From: Picochlorum sp. SENEW3
Taxonomy: Eukaryota
Direction of reading: 5' to 3'
Assembly: GCA_034226945.1 (NCBI GenBank)
Contig: CP120462.1
Coordinates: 186,001-250,000 of the forward strand
Length of the DNA: 64,000 bases
In this document: positions 13,188 through 25,319 of the stretch, piece by piece
Numbering within the stretch: position 1 is the stretch's first letter
How the letters are laid out: every line of letters starts with the position of its first letter
Notes under the pieces: generated by a model
The model's database searches: none
What the model was told of the DNA's origin: nothing
What the model saw: only the letters and a program-made list of their open reading frames with translations
Translations under genes and position numbers: made by a program

Positions 13188-13362
13188 CGATACTCAACGT
13201 ATTTGAAGATACAAATTGATATTCTGTAGGTTGGAGAACAATCGGAATACATGGTTCCATGGCCATGCTGTAGGCATGGACATTGGGCGCCTCAGCACCA
13301 ATCAAGATTTCATCCATCTTAGGCAGCTCTCACACATGCATTTCCAATTGATTGTTCCGAGT

Positions 13363-14295
13363 ATGTTTAAAATACTTCGTATGCATCATGTAGGGATGAT
13401 TGGACTGGGATGGGTTGGATTGGGGATGGCATACGTGGACTCTTCGCCTACTCCCTCTGCTGCTGTGTGTTGTGAGGCTGCACGTACCAAAACCCACGAG
13501 CATGCGTCCTCTCGCCCTTGTTTCTCTTCTTCATATGGTGTAGTATCTTTGTCAAGCAAAGATGGGAAGATGGGGATACCGACAGATAAGCTGTCGTGTC
13601 ATCAAAACAGGAGAGAGCAGCAACCCGTGGTGTTGGTGTCCTGTGGGAGTTTTAATCCGCCGACTGTTGCTCATATGCGTGTGCTTGAGCTTGTTCGAGA
13701 CGAGTATATGCGACGAGGAATAGATGTATATGGAGCGTACATGTCGCCTGTGCATGATGCATATGGTAAGGAGTCGTTGATTTCTGGGGAGCATAGGCTG
13801 GCTATGTGCCACCTGGCGTCGGAGAGTTCTGACTTCATCATGACCGACCCTTGGGAGGTATCACAAAATGGGTACACTCGGACGTTGTACGTTTTAGAAT
13901 CTATTGATAGGCGGTTGAAAGAGGCGTTTCGGGCGGATGAAGGGCAAATAGTTGAGATTCCGAGGACAGTCTTGGTCTGTGGTGGTGATGTTGTGGAGTC
14001 TATGGCAAAGCCAGATGTGTGGGACCAAAAGTTATTGGAAAAGCTCTTGTGTGACCATGGAGTTGCGTGCGTTGTTCGATCCGGGGTGTGTATAGAGAAC
14101 GTCCTTGATAAGCAAGGCACACTTTTGCACAAGTATCGAGATGCTGTTGTGGTTGTTGAGAATGGTGACGAGGCACTGCAGGGGGTCAGTTCGACGGGTG
14201 TGAGGGGGCAGGTGCGGCGGGGGGAGTCCCCGACTGATGGCGTTGTTCATCCCGCTGTGGTAAAATATATCAAAGATAATGGACTGTATACATGA
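13363..14295 (+). CDS. NMNAT: Nicotinamide/nicotinate mononucleotide adenylyltransferase
   Basis: CGSFNPPTVAH, SPVHDAYGK, HRLAMCHLA, DPWE, VSSTGVR. Start uncertain (upstream in-frame ATGs exist). Confidence 0.9.
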   Translation: MFKILRMHHVGMIGLGWVGLGMAYVDSSPTPSAAVCCEAARTKTHEHASSRPCFSSSYGVVSLSSKDGKMGIPTDKLSCHQNRREQQPVVLVSCGSFNPPTVAHMRVLELVRDEYMRRGIDVYGAYMSPVHDAYGKESLISGEHRLAMCHLASESSDFIMTDPWEVSQNGYTRTLYVLESIDRRLKEAFRADEGQIVEIPRTVLVCGGDVVESMAKPDVWDQKLLEKLLCDHGVACVVRSGVCIENVLDKQGTLLHKYRDAVVVVENGDEALQGVSSTGVRGQVRRGESPTDGVVHPAVVKYIKDNGLYT

Positions 14296-14646
14296 AGCGA
14301 AGGCAACAGGCTGTAAAGATCATGCTTGTAGGTAATTAATTTGTGCCCCAGCATGGGGGGTGAGAAATGGACTGTGCCCATCGGTGGGCCGCGTGAGGAT
14401 CTGTGTGGATTGAATTCGGGATTCGATTACGGATCAATGGATGGTGTCATCGCATCGAGTAGTTTATATGCATAATACCAGAAAGATTTTTACTTGTCCA
14501 TCATATACCCTTTTTGCGGCCAGATACGCACAGAAATTCTTGTGACACGTTCGTTGTTACGTGACGCGATCTTTCTCTCGCTGGATTACTTGGTTAACTG
14601 GCTCTTTGAAACCTGTGTTTCACAAACATAAACATTGTGAGTTTTG

Positions 14647-16062
14647 ATGAGGTGTCTACTTTTGCTTTTTGTCGGGCTGATTTGCCTTGCTCCCATATCG
14701 AGAGCTCAACTGCTCGGTCAGCCTCCAGCTGTCGGCACCCAATGTGCCACGACTGGCCCAGACAACTGCCAGGCATGCTGTGAGGAGAAGCAGAGCAAGG
14801 GAACCATGAATGACGACCCAAGCTGCTCCACGGATGAGTGCAAGCCAGAGCTTGAGGGATCCCAGTGTGTCACCACTGGTCCAGACAACTGCCAGGCATG
14901 CTGTGAGGAGAAGCAAAGCAAGGGAACAATGAGTGACGATCCAAGCTGCTCCACGGATGAGTGCAAGCCAGAGCTGAGGGATCCCAGTGTGTCACCACTG
15001 GTCCAGACAACTGCCAGGCATGCTGTGAGGAGAAGCAAAGCAAGGGAACAATGAGTGACGATCCAAGCTGCTCCACGGATGAGTGCAAGCCAGAGCTTGA
15101 GGGATCCCAGTGTGTCACCACTGGTCCAGACAACTGCCAGGCATGCTGTGAGGAGAAGCAAAGCAAGGGAACAATGAGTGACGATCCAGCTGCTCCACCG
15201 ATGAGTGCAAGCCAGAGCTGAGGGATCCCAGTGTGTCACCACTGGTCCAGACAACTGCCAGGCATGCTGTGAGGAGAAGCAAAGCAAGGGAACAATGAGT
15301 GACGATCCAAGCTGCTCCACCGATGAGTGCAAGCCAGAGCTTGAGGGATCCCAGTGTGTCACCACTGGTCCAGACAACTGCCAGGCATGCTGTGAGGAGA
15401 AGCAAAGCAAGGGAACAATGAGTGACGATCCAAGCTGCTCCACCGATGAGTGCAAGCCAGAGCCTGAGGGATCCCAGTGCGCCACCACTGGCCCAGACAA
15501 CTGCCAGGCATGCTGTGAGGAGAAGCAAAGCAAGGGAACAATGAGTGACGATCCAAGCTGCTCCACGGATGAGTGCAAGCCAGAGGAGAAGATTGTGGGA
15601 TCCCAGTGCGTCACCACTGGCCCAGACAACTGCCAGGCATGCTGTGAGGAGAAGCAGAGCAAGGGAACCATGAATGACGACCCAAGTTGCTCCACTGATG
15701 AGTGCAAGCCAGAGGAGAAGATTGTGGGATCCCAGTGCGCCACCACTGGCCCAGACAACTGCCAGGCATGCTGTGAGGAGAAGCAGAGCAAGGGAACCAT
15801 GAATGACGACCCAAGTTGCTCCACTGATGAGTGCAAGCCAGATCAGATGCTTGTGGGATCCCAGTGTGCCACCACTGGTCCAGACAACTGCCAAGCATGC
15901 TGTGAAGAAAAATTAACATTGGGCACCATGGCCAACGATGCTAGTTGCCTGACTGAGGAGTGCAGGCCTGAAAGCGTCAACCCAGGCTCTGGTGCTGATA
16001 CATCTTTCAAAAGTATAGCTGTCCTTTTTGCCGCAACTATGGCTTTCCGTGCAGTTTTCTGA
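14647..16062 (+). CDS. Secreted Cys-rich tandem-repeat protein with a GPI-like tail; three 1-bp deletions in the array as assembled
   Basis: Signal peptide MRCLLLLFVGLICLAPISRA, 10 units of GSQCVTTGPDNCQACCEEKQSKGTMSDDPSCSTDECKPE, hydrophobic C-terminus. Confidence 0.75.
14734..15966. repeat. 123-129-bp coding tandem repeat, 10 units
   Basis: Near-identical units beginning (g)gatcccagtg..accactggtccagacaactgccaggcatgctgtgaggag. Confidence 0.95.
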
Positions 16063-16205
16063 CCTGATCCATTTTGATTCCAGGTACATACGTCATGTCT
16101 GTTACAAATCAAGTCTCCATCATATATAAATCTAAAACAAGGTCGTTATCATACATATGAAATATTCTGAGCACAATATACAGCGTTAATGAGAGGTCCT
16201 GGTGA

Positions 16206-17792
16206 TCAAAGGAGCAAATCGACATCCTTTCCAAATCTACCATCGCTTTCGAGCCTCTGCAATGCAACTTCAATTTGAGAGAGGTTTCCTTCCAGTACTC
16301 GATTGTCACGTTTGTGACGCGATCTAATCTTCTTATACTCTGACATGAGCTCCCTCAGTTTTGCTGCTTCGTCGGCTCTCACGGTATTTTCCACGTCAAT
16401 TCTTTGTCTTGATGTTCGTACAGAGTTGACGTAATTGGAGAATGCCATGACTTTGCTGGCATAGTCCTGCCGAGCATCTCTATCATACAAGATATCTTCC
16501 TGCTCGTGATCAAGAACCAGTGCAGGCACACCAGATAACGCTGCATCGACAGCCCCTTCACCCCTAGAACCAGATCCAGTTCCCAGAAACACGATACTGT
16601 CACGAATATCTGGAGGCACTTGGCCCAACACATCGACGCCTGGGACATCCATCCGAATACTCAATCCATCAGATGATTGCTCTGCCAGCTGAGGGGATAA
16701 ATCAAGACCTGCTCTATCATGCTTCTTCAGAGCAGACACAGTTTGCATCAATCGATATCTTTCTTCGTCTTCCATGTACTGATTCAACTGCCGTGCGCCA
16801 AAATGGAGCCATGACTCATGTTTATCATGCAAATTCTCCAAATATGCCTCATCGACGCCAGCTTCCTCGCTCCTATTCCTGTTCCGAAGTCTTTTTATGC
16901 AAGTCTCTGGCCTTGCCTTCAGATAAATAAATCCATCTGGAGTGAGGGCACGGTCCTGTCCAATTTGCATGGAGAACCACGAATCATATATTGAAAGCTC
17001 CAAGTCCCCCAGAAAGCCTGCCTCATGCATAGCACGGACAAACACCATCCTGTCTGAAAATATAGATCGCTCGAGTATCTGTAGTGGCTTATTCGAAGAT
17101 CGAGCTTTTCTGTCTTTCTGCATTCTTGTCAGCAAAACATAATGCTGGAATGCATATGCATACCTTTTAGGATCCTTGTAGAATTGATCCAGCAGATTCA
17201 CAGGAGAATGCTCTCCAGTTTCTACTTTTTGCCATTCTTCCACAGGTTCAGGCACAATTTCAATTATATCCTGCAACTCCAAGGTCCCATCACAAAGCAC
17301 ATCCAAAAAGGTGCTCTTGCCTGCCCCAATGTTACCCTCAACTGCCAACTTGACCCGCGCAGGCTGTGGGACCCATTCCAAATTGTCCAAATAATCTGCC
17401 ACGCTCCTACTATGCGCAGAATTTCTAAAACCCACCACATTATGGAGAAATTCCTGGAATTCCTTTGTATCTTGCTTGCAAATCTGGTGGTATATCTCTT
17501 GCAAATGGTCAATTGATGTGATCCTCTTCCTCAGCAACAAATTTGCATTGACAGGACCAACTCCTTTGATCTCCAACAATTCTTTATGCTTCCGCCTCAT
17601 GGACCCCATTGACGAATCCTTGCCACCACCATGGTCTGAAGAAGACGCCGATGATGTCTCTGCTGAAGATCCTCCTGCTGACGCAGACGCTCTCAACACC
17701 TGGTGATACCTCGGAGCAATAGCCGATACCCCAATCATCTTTCTCTCTGAAACACTAGTATGCAACGACAATCCTCGAGCAATCGTATTCAT
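16206..17792 (-). CDS. Deoxynucleoside kinase (dNK/TK2 family), organelle-targeted, with an N-terminal HhH-like motif
   Basis: VEGNIGAGKST, PEPVEEWQ, ERSIFSDRMVF, FIYLKARPETC..RNRSEE; LLEIKGVGP upstream. Confidence 0.9.
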   Translation of the reverse strand: MNTIARGLSLHTSVSERKMIGVSAIAPRYHQVLRASASAGGSSAETSSASSSDHGGGKDSSMGSMRRKHKELLEIKGVGPVNANLLLRKRITSIDHLQEIYHQICKQDTKEFQEFLHNVVGFRNSAHSRSVADYLDNLEWVPQPARVKLAVEGNIGAGKSTFLDVLCDGTLELQDIIEIVPEPVEEWQKVETGEHSPVNLLDQFYKDPKRYAYAFQHYVLLTRMQKDRKARSSNKPLQILERSIFSDRMVFVRAMHEAGFLGDLELSIYDSWFSMQIGQDRALTPDGFIYLKARPETCIKRLRNRNRSEEAGVDEAYLENLHDKHESWLHFGARQLNQYMEDEERYRLMQTVSALKKHDRAGLDLSPQLAEQSSDGLSIRMDVPGVDVLGQVPPDIRDSIVFLGTGSGSRGEGAVDAALSGVPALVLDHEQEDILYDRDARQDYASKVMAFSNYVNSVRTSRQRIDVENTVRADEAAKLRELMSEYKKIRSRHKRDNRVLEGNLSQIEVALQRLESDGRFGKDVDLLL

Positions 17793-18631
17793 GCTGAAGC
17801 TTTGATTCAGAACACGAGGGCAGCCTGTCTTTGACGTGTCACAATATAAACTCTTTTCTCGTATCAAATCCAACACAGCACGGCTAGAAAATATCGTATC
17901 TTTCAATCGGTACCAGAGATGCCTCCTACAAGTATCAAAAAAGACCAATCAATCACCAGAGCGCAACAAACAACCCAGTGACACCCGTCGCCGTCCAACG
18001 CAAGGGCACAGACCGACCTCGACTTCCAACATGTGCTCGAGAGACTCGTGCAAATGAAAGATGGGTTTTTTATTTCTGTAATTTCTCTTTAAAAAACCAT
18101 CATTCGTATCCCTATGCGACGAGAGAAGCGCGTGACGAGGCCACGCTGTCTTGGTTCCCCCGCCCCGAGGTCTCCCGTATGCATGCCAAATCCGCACAAG
18201 AGGACATGTCACTGATTTTTAATCCCTTATAAATCATACCGAAAAACATTCAGACGCACCGAGTCGACATCATACAGCAGTGCTTGCCATGTCTAGCCAG
18301 CAGACAACGTGGGCTCGTTTCGATCAATTACACACTCGTATAGACTATCACAGAAAATTCTAATCAAGAATTACATCGAAAGTACCCTTTCCTGCGGGAG
18401 AACACACGAGTATAGTCTCGATTGCTTGCCTTGTCGTAGCGTAAAGAGGTAGACTATACTCCTCGGTCCAAGTGTCTTGTTGACCGTCTTCATCTGTACA
18501 TGCTGCTGTGACAAGTTTCTCTAGATGGACCGCAGCAATGCACATCGCACAACACTTCAAAACGTTAATAATAACGGCATATCATATCTGGTTAATCTAA
18601 CAGTGTGCCTAAGGAACAGAATTAGGCAACG

Positions 18632-19900
18632 ATGAGCGCTGCCGGTGCCAATGTGTTTGCCTTGCTCGATGATGAGGGGACTATGGATGCCGGAGAATTG
18701 GCGGCAAAGATCCCAGTTGCCACCAAGGAGGTGGTGAAGAGCGATGGTACGATTACATTGATATAGCAGAATATGGGGTCCGACAGGGATGGGTGGTATT
18801 TGGCTGGTGGTGTGCGGAAACGGTGGAACACCGCAGCGCAAGGTGGCTGCGGAGGGAAAGGATTGGGGATGCGGAGGGGTTTTAATGGTATCATCAATAT
18901 GCAAAATGCATTTAATGGATACATGTGTGACTTGGGGGGCCAATGGGTCGAAGGCCCGGTGCGGCTGGAAAGGGTGAGGAGGCCGGTCGGACGACTGCGC
19001 AGTTGGTGATATACACTACTCCATACATGTCGGTTGGGTCTGTGTCTTTGACGCAGAGAATCGTCATGATAGGATGCCATGCAAGGTTGAGCTCATTGTT
19101 CTATCTCTTGTGTTACTGCAGCCAACAATGCCGGAGCAAAGAAGGCAGGAGCTTCCGGACCACGTGCCAACGGAGTGGACACACGTTCATCCAATGCCGA
19201 TCTCGGAGCTGGAGGTCGTCGCAATGACAAGCACTCTGGAAAGCGCCACCATGCCAAGGGCGGAGCCGGAGGCCGTGGAAAGAGGGAATACGACCGCCAT
19301 GATGCTTCTGGTCGTGGTCACGAGACTGAGAAGCGCCACGGAGGAGGTAAAGGAAACTGGGGAGCTGAGGGAGATGAAATCAAGGATCTCAACGATAAGT
19401 TGGTGATTGAAGATGAATCTGCTGAGGCTGCTGCAGAGGAAGAGGCTGAGGAAGAGAAGCAGATGACTCTGGAGGAGTATGAAGCTCTCATGGCTGAGAA
19501 GAAGGCTGCATTGAATGCCGCCAAAGAAGCTGCATTCAAGGTTGACGAATCTCAATTCGCTGGAATGAAGACCTTTGCAAAGGTGGAAGACGATATCGAT
19601 CTTTCATTGAACAAGCATGCCAAGGTGATTGGAGCCAACAAGGCTGGACGTGAGAAGGAGCGCAAGGAAGTCTCTCAGATTTTGGACGTCGGCTTCCGCG
19701 TCCAATCCGAAGAGGAAAGACGCGGTCCAAGTGGACGTGGACGTGGTGGAAACCGCGGTGGAAACCGTGGTGGAGGGCGCGGTGGAGGACGCCGTGAGGG
19801 AGGGCGCCGTGAGGGAGGACGCCGCGAAGGTGGCCGTGGAGGACGTGGAGGACGTTCCATCAACGTAGAGGACACACAAGCATTCCCATCTCTCGGGTAA
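18632..19900 (+). CDS. Stm1/SERBP1 (HABP4_PAI-RBP1)-like RGG RNA-binding protein (exons 18632-18746, 19122-19900)
   Basis: NVFALLDDE N-terminus, KREYDRHDASGR, GGGKGNWG, QMTLEEYE, RGG tract, DTQAFPSLG end. Confidence 0.9.
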
Positions 19901-20262
19901 TCCATGCAGTAGCATAAGCACAGTTTTTTTTATCCCACGACAGAAAACAAATAGAATGGTGTTTTACCTCCCATTTATTAGCACAACACAGTGGTTCCCA
20001 AAAAGATTTTGCGTGGTAACCCAAAAAAGTACAGGTATTCCAAAAAGAGAAAAAAGAAAAAAAAAATAGTATTCATTGTCCTCGCTTCCACATGCCAAGG
20101 CAGAAGAAGACAAGATATACTCGGAGAGAGAAAACAAGTTGCACATGTTGTACCACAACTACCACTTTATATGAATGTTTTATTTTTTTCTTCGCCTACA
20201 CAGATTGACTCGGGGAAGAAAATATATACGATGTAACTTGTGCGTAGCAATGAAAAAATCAA

Positions 20263-21162
20263 TCAATAATTCCTTTTGAGAGCCCGAACAGAGGCACCAA
20301 CCTCCTGATCACTAATCTCATCGAAATCAGATCCCTGAAACTCGACCGACAACCCTTCCAAATTGGACTTGAAGAAATCCTTTGTCGACGCATACATCAT
20401 TTTCGACTTTACCTTGGCCGTATCTGGTGCCCAATTAATGAACACAATCTTGCTATGCGTTTGCCCATCTCCCCCAAGGAATTCATAATCATACACCGCA
20501 TATCTACAATCATGTTCCGGCAAAGCATGCAAAAAGTCGCTGTACGTAGAAGATGGCTCTCCAACAGCATCAATCACAACCTCTGTGGCATCATCATTAA
20601 TCTTCCACAGCACCCATCTGTACTTTGATTTGGACCGTACCAAGTAGAAAATATTCACCGCATCGTCACTAAGAGAGATACCACTCATAGACTTTCCACC
20701 CCCTGTACCAGCCCGAGACCCACCACCAGTGCTAGGTATATTCTTTGGAACAGCAGCCCGACCACCCCCACTCTGCGGTTGCTGCATGGGAGGAGGCATG
20801 GGAGGAGGTGCCGGCATCGAACGAGGTGCCGCCTTGGGCTTTGACGATGCCTCTGACATCAGCATAGGATCTTTTGCCATAGGAGCAGCCGCAGGAGGAG
20901 GAGCCTTCCCTCCCCTTTCCTTGCCAATCGTCTGTGAACTCGCCACACTCTGTTCCTGACGTTCTCCAAGCACCATCGACACAAAGCCTTCTCGAGCCTG
21001 TTCCACCTGCTGACCTTCTTCTATAAGACCTGCATCAATAGCAGATCGTAATTGCTGAGCCTTTAAAAAAGACTCTTTCACTCGTGCGTAATCATCCTCA
21101 GTCAGAAGACCGAGATCCAAGGCTGCCTTCGCATTCACCAATGACTGCACATTCGAACCCAT
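20263..21162 (-). CDS. ADF/cofilin-domain protein with an N-terminal helical extension and Pro-rich linker
   Basis: C-terminal SGISLSDDA..., CRYAVYDYEF, KIVFINWAPDTAKVKSKMMYASTKD. Confidence 0.9.
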   Translation of the reverse strand: MGSNVQSLVNAKAALDLGLLTEDDYARVKESFLKAQQLRSAIDAGLIEEGQQVEQAREGFVSMVLGERQEQSVASSQTIGKERGGKAPPPAAAPMAKDPMLMSEASSKPKAAPRSMPAPPPMPPPMQQPQSGGGRAAVPKNIPSTGGGSRAGTGGGKSMSGISLSDDAVNIFYLVRSKSKYRWVLWKINDDATEVVIDAVGEPSSTYSDFLHALPEHDCRYAVYDYEFLGGDGQTHSKIVFINWAPDTAKVKSKMMYASTKDFFKSNLEGLSVEFQGSDFDEISDQEVGASVRALKRNY

Positions 21163-21496
21163 GGCAATCAATATAGTAGTGGTGGATTTTATATCCTATG
21201 AATCAACTTGCCAAGTAGGATGGCACTGTCATCCCTTTGAAGGGAATTCGCCCGAACCAGGGCGCCCTGTTGGGATCTTGAAACACATACTCGGTTGCAT
21301 GGTCACTCGTTTTTTTCTCTGATACATAACCATTTATTTATTAGTACATATAGTTGTAGTCAATGAATGGACCCATGGAGTGGAATATGCCCATGGCCGG
21401 TTCTTTAGAAATTTGAATTCCTGTTGTTATTGTTGGTTCAACGGAGGACAACACAAGCACGATTGTGTAGCATAGTAGGCATTTATCAATTCAACT

Positions 21497-24400
21497 ATGG
21501 AATTTGATTCGGCTTTGCTGGCGTCTATTGCATCTGGTGGACTCGGACACTGGGTTGAATTGGACAATGGCAGTCGAAAGTATTGCAAAGATGACGATTG
21601 CGTCGCATGTTTGAAGGATTTGCAAGGATTTTTTAGATTTGATGACCAGGTTGAGAGGCCTGCGTTTTTTGCTGTGAGCAAGTACAATTTTGCAAAGACG
21701 GACCTGGTTCCGTTGTTGGTGACATATCCAGAAGACTATGATGTTGTGTATAATACACGTGCGTGCTGTGCTGATTATATAGTGAAGTATATTGTGTGGG
21801 TTGATAGTATTCCTGTATTCTTATGTAGTGAAAGTGTGTACTCATTTGACCATGCCAGCGGCTGAGATTTCTCCATCGCTTGTAGCCCAGCAGTGTCGCA
21901 TGATGCAGCTTGTATGTGACGCTTTCTTGTCGGATCAGGCGATCGAAGTGATTGTGACGTTGTTGGCGGAGCCCTTGTCTCGTCATCCAAAAATGAATGA
22001 TCGAGATGTGTCGTTGGTGGAGCTTGTGATTATATTTTTGAGAAATTTGCTGGCAGCAACGGCTCCTCCACCGGGTGCATTGTTTCGTGAGCGTGAGAAT
22101 GCGAGGAGGATTCATTCAGGATTGCTGTTGAAATTTCAAGAGGCAGAAGTGTTGGATTTGTTATGTATTATTGCGCAGCGTGCTCGTGAGGTGAGTTGTT
22201 ATTATTTGTTGTGTCGTGATGATGATGATGATGATCATGTACCACGTGTGTGTGTTGGGATGCAGAGGCCGTTTAAATCACAGTCTTCTGTGCTTTTGGA
22301 GATATATTTGGATATTTTCATGTTTGTGTCGCCAGAACAGCTGCGTCATATTCCCTCGATAGAGAGCACAGTGCAACCATCCTTGACAGATGCTGAAAGA
22401 GAGAGGAATAAGAAAAAGGCATACCAGAGTGGTCCACGGCTTCCATCGACGGGTCCAGGGAGAACTGTAACGCGGTTTGGGCCGTCTCGGCAACAATTTG
22501 CTGGAGCTGTTTTTATGAGAAGACACAAGGATCATGGGTCGAGTGTGCTGGTGAGGCATTCTCCTACCGTGAAGGAGCTGCCACCGATGCCAGAGGCGCC
22601 CAATAAAAAGCAAGCAAAGTCGCATTTGAAGGATAAGTTGGCTTCATGTGATGACCAGTTTGTATCTGAGAAGACCGTGGAGGGTAATGATGTCCAACTC
22701 ACGGCAAAGGAAATTGAGCTTCGAATCTGGTTGAAGGATATCCTTGACAAGTTTTTGCATGATGCGTATACCCCTCTTGTTGGTCAAGTATTCAAAGAAG
22801 CGCGTCCTGGTCTTGATGTGAGTAGGATGGAGGAGGACGAGTTTGAGAGGTTTGTAAGATTTGTGGCGTTTTGTACAAAGTATATCAGATTAGGTGAAGA
22901 GCGTAAATTGAAGGAGAAGCTTGAGAAGCAGGCCAATAATAATCTCAGGGATGATGAGTCCCTGAGAGATGATGCGAGCACAGACAAGGATGGCGAGCAT
23001 TCTCCATTTGCATGCATCAATGCCACCATGGGATGGGATGCATTCCACACGATCCAAGTCCTTTTCTTGTTGTCGGTTGAAAGAGAAGTTCAATATGCAA
23101 AAGATAAAGAGAAACCATATAGGCGGTACATTCTGTTATATTCATTGGGTCCTTTGTTGCGAGAAATGCTCATGACATTGGATTTGGCGAGGATTGCTGG
23201 CAATGAGGCAGATAGGCAGGCTGCTGATAGACTGCAGCGAAAATTGTTCCACAATGATGATCGCACAGGGATGCTACAGGTCATTACGCAGTTGATTCGG
23301 GATTACAAATACCATATTCACCCCCGATATCATGCTGTTCATTTGGCAGAAATTCTTCATGTTGTGTTGGCAACCTTGGACCGTCTTGCAAACCATGGTT
23401 CATTCCAAGTGTCAAAGACGATGAAGAAGCATAAGAGAAGGAAGAATAAGAAGAAGGCCTCAGAGGAAGCACCCTCTTTACAGCCAGAACATGATGCATC
23501 TTCTCCCCAAGAAGAGGTTCCCCACAAGGAGGGTGAAGAACAAGAAGGAGGAAAAGAAAAAGCACAAGCACAAGAGCATCAAGAAAAGGATACGGAGGAG
23601 GCTGAGGAAGAAGATGATGAAGACGAGGATATTGAAGATGCTGGCAGAGTTATTGTCAAGGAGCAGGTATTTGATGCACCCCGGCGTCTTCGTAGTACAT
23701 GTGCCCATCCTATGATTATTAATTTCTACACATGGCTTCTTCAAGGATACAGAAAGAATTCGGACCTCACAAACACAGCTATAGTGAGCTTTTTAGAGAG
23801 GATTGCTGCCCCTGCTCCCAGGGGTATGGGATTGCACTGCATGCTGTGGCAGCTGAGTGTGATTCGCACATTCCATGCAGTCATGGCCGATCCACATGTG
23901 CAAAAGAATCAGAAATATAGAAGGCTGTTCAAGCTTTGTGCCTCTGTCATGAGAACATTGTTCAAAACCCTCTGTCCAGACCTCTCAGAGTTTCAAACAA
24001 AGATTGATCAATCCAACTCTCGAGTCACAGAATTGGAACAAGAATTAGAGGATCTCAAAATCATCGGTGCGGGAGAAGAAGGATTAGATGAGAAACTCGA
24101 AAAGATACGCGAGGATATTCATCGAGAGAAATCGGTAGTCCATGAAGCAACAGTGGAAATGAAAATGAAGGAGGAATGTGCATCCCTCGCTTTCGTCGAG
24201 ATTCTATTTTGGAAAAATTCGACTGCTGCAGAATCTATATCACAAGAGTATAACTGGAAGAGGCATTTGGAGATTCGTCATTCAGATCTAGGCCAAGGAC
24301 AACTTGGCTTTGCAAGCTTCAAACCACGACAGGCACCTGGGCACTTTACAGACGAGCAGACACAGATGCTTATCGATGCCTTTGAGAACTGCAATGGTCG

Positions 24401-25256
24401 AAAAGATTGCCTCTCACATCTTGTGTTTGAATTTGGAGGAGCGTTCAAAAAAGCACACGTATCAAAGAAGCTCAAAGAGCTGGGACTGGAGAAGGGAAAA
24501 CTCACAGAGCGACAGCAGAAGATGTTGCATATTCTTGCAGAACGATACGCTCATCAGGGACCAAAGTATAGATTCCAAACGATACAGGAGCACTTGGGTG
24601 GAGGTTTTACCGTGAGACAAGTCAAAAATCATATGAGAAAACTTGGCTTGATTGAATCATCTGCCAAAAAGACTCACAACAACAATAACAGTGATGATGA
24701 CGATGATGACGAAGAATCATCTGCTTCCGAATCTGAAGAGGCTATGATGGACGCAGAAAAAGCATTTGATACAATGCTCGCAGAGATATCTCCAACCAAA
24801 CCCAGCAGACCATCAGATGCTGATGATGACAGTGGCAAGGAAGATGACTCCAACAGACAGGAAAAAGAGCTTGGAACCTCGGCCCCATCATCTCCAGTAC
24901 ACGACCCTGACACCGCACCATCACAATCTCCTGTACAAGAGCCATCCAACAAGCGCAAATCACCTCATACTGACGACATTGACGAGGAAAAGGAACGCGC
25001 TGAAGCCAGAAAGAAGGCTTTGGAACTCCTTCGAAGCAAGCACCATCACTCATCTCCAGATCCACCTAGCAAACCTGTCCAAGAAGAAGAAACTGACGAG
25101 GATGAGGAAGACAAACAAGGTGAGAATGCCAATGCTAACACGGAATCTCCGGTGAAGGCATTCGGCAGACGTCTCTTGAAAAGATCCAGGACAGATGATG
25201 CATTGCCCAACAGCAACCCACTCGGAGATTTGCTTGGAGATTTAGAAGACTATTAA
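21497..25256 (+). CDS. TIMELESS: Timeless/Tof1 replication-fork protection protein (introns 21759-21828, 22191-22265)
   Basis: YCKDDDCVACLKDLQGFFRFDD, DLVPLL, THLTMP, IFLRNLL, YRKNSDLTN...MLWQLS, C-terminal Myb-like repeats. Confidence 0.85.
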
Positions 25257-25319
25257 CCCCAGTAGATCACATTACAAATTGTACTATTGTAATGTAACAA
25301 TAATAATACTACATAGTTG

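Noticed and set aside
14734..15966. Regularly spaced repeats resembling a CRISPR array
   Set aside because: Units are contiguous coding repeats without unique spacers; no cas genes; eukaryotic context.
22191..22265. Poly-Asp insert in the Timeless ORF translation
   Set aside because: It is a 75-nt stop-free GT-AG intron containing a (GAT)n microsatellite.
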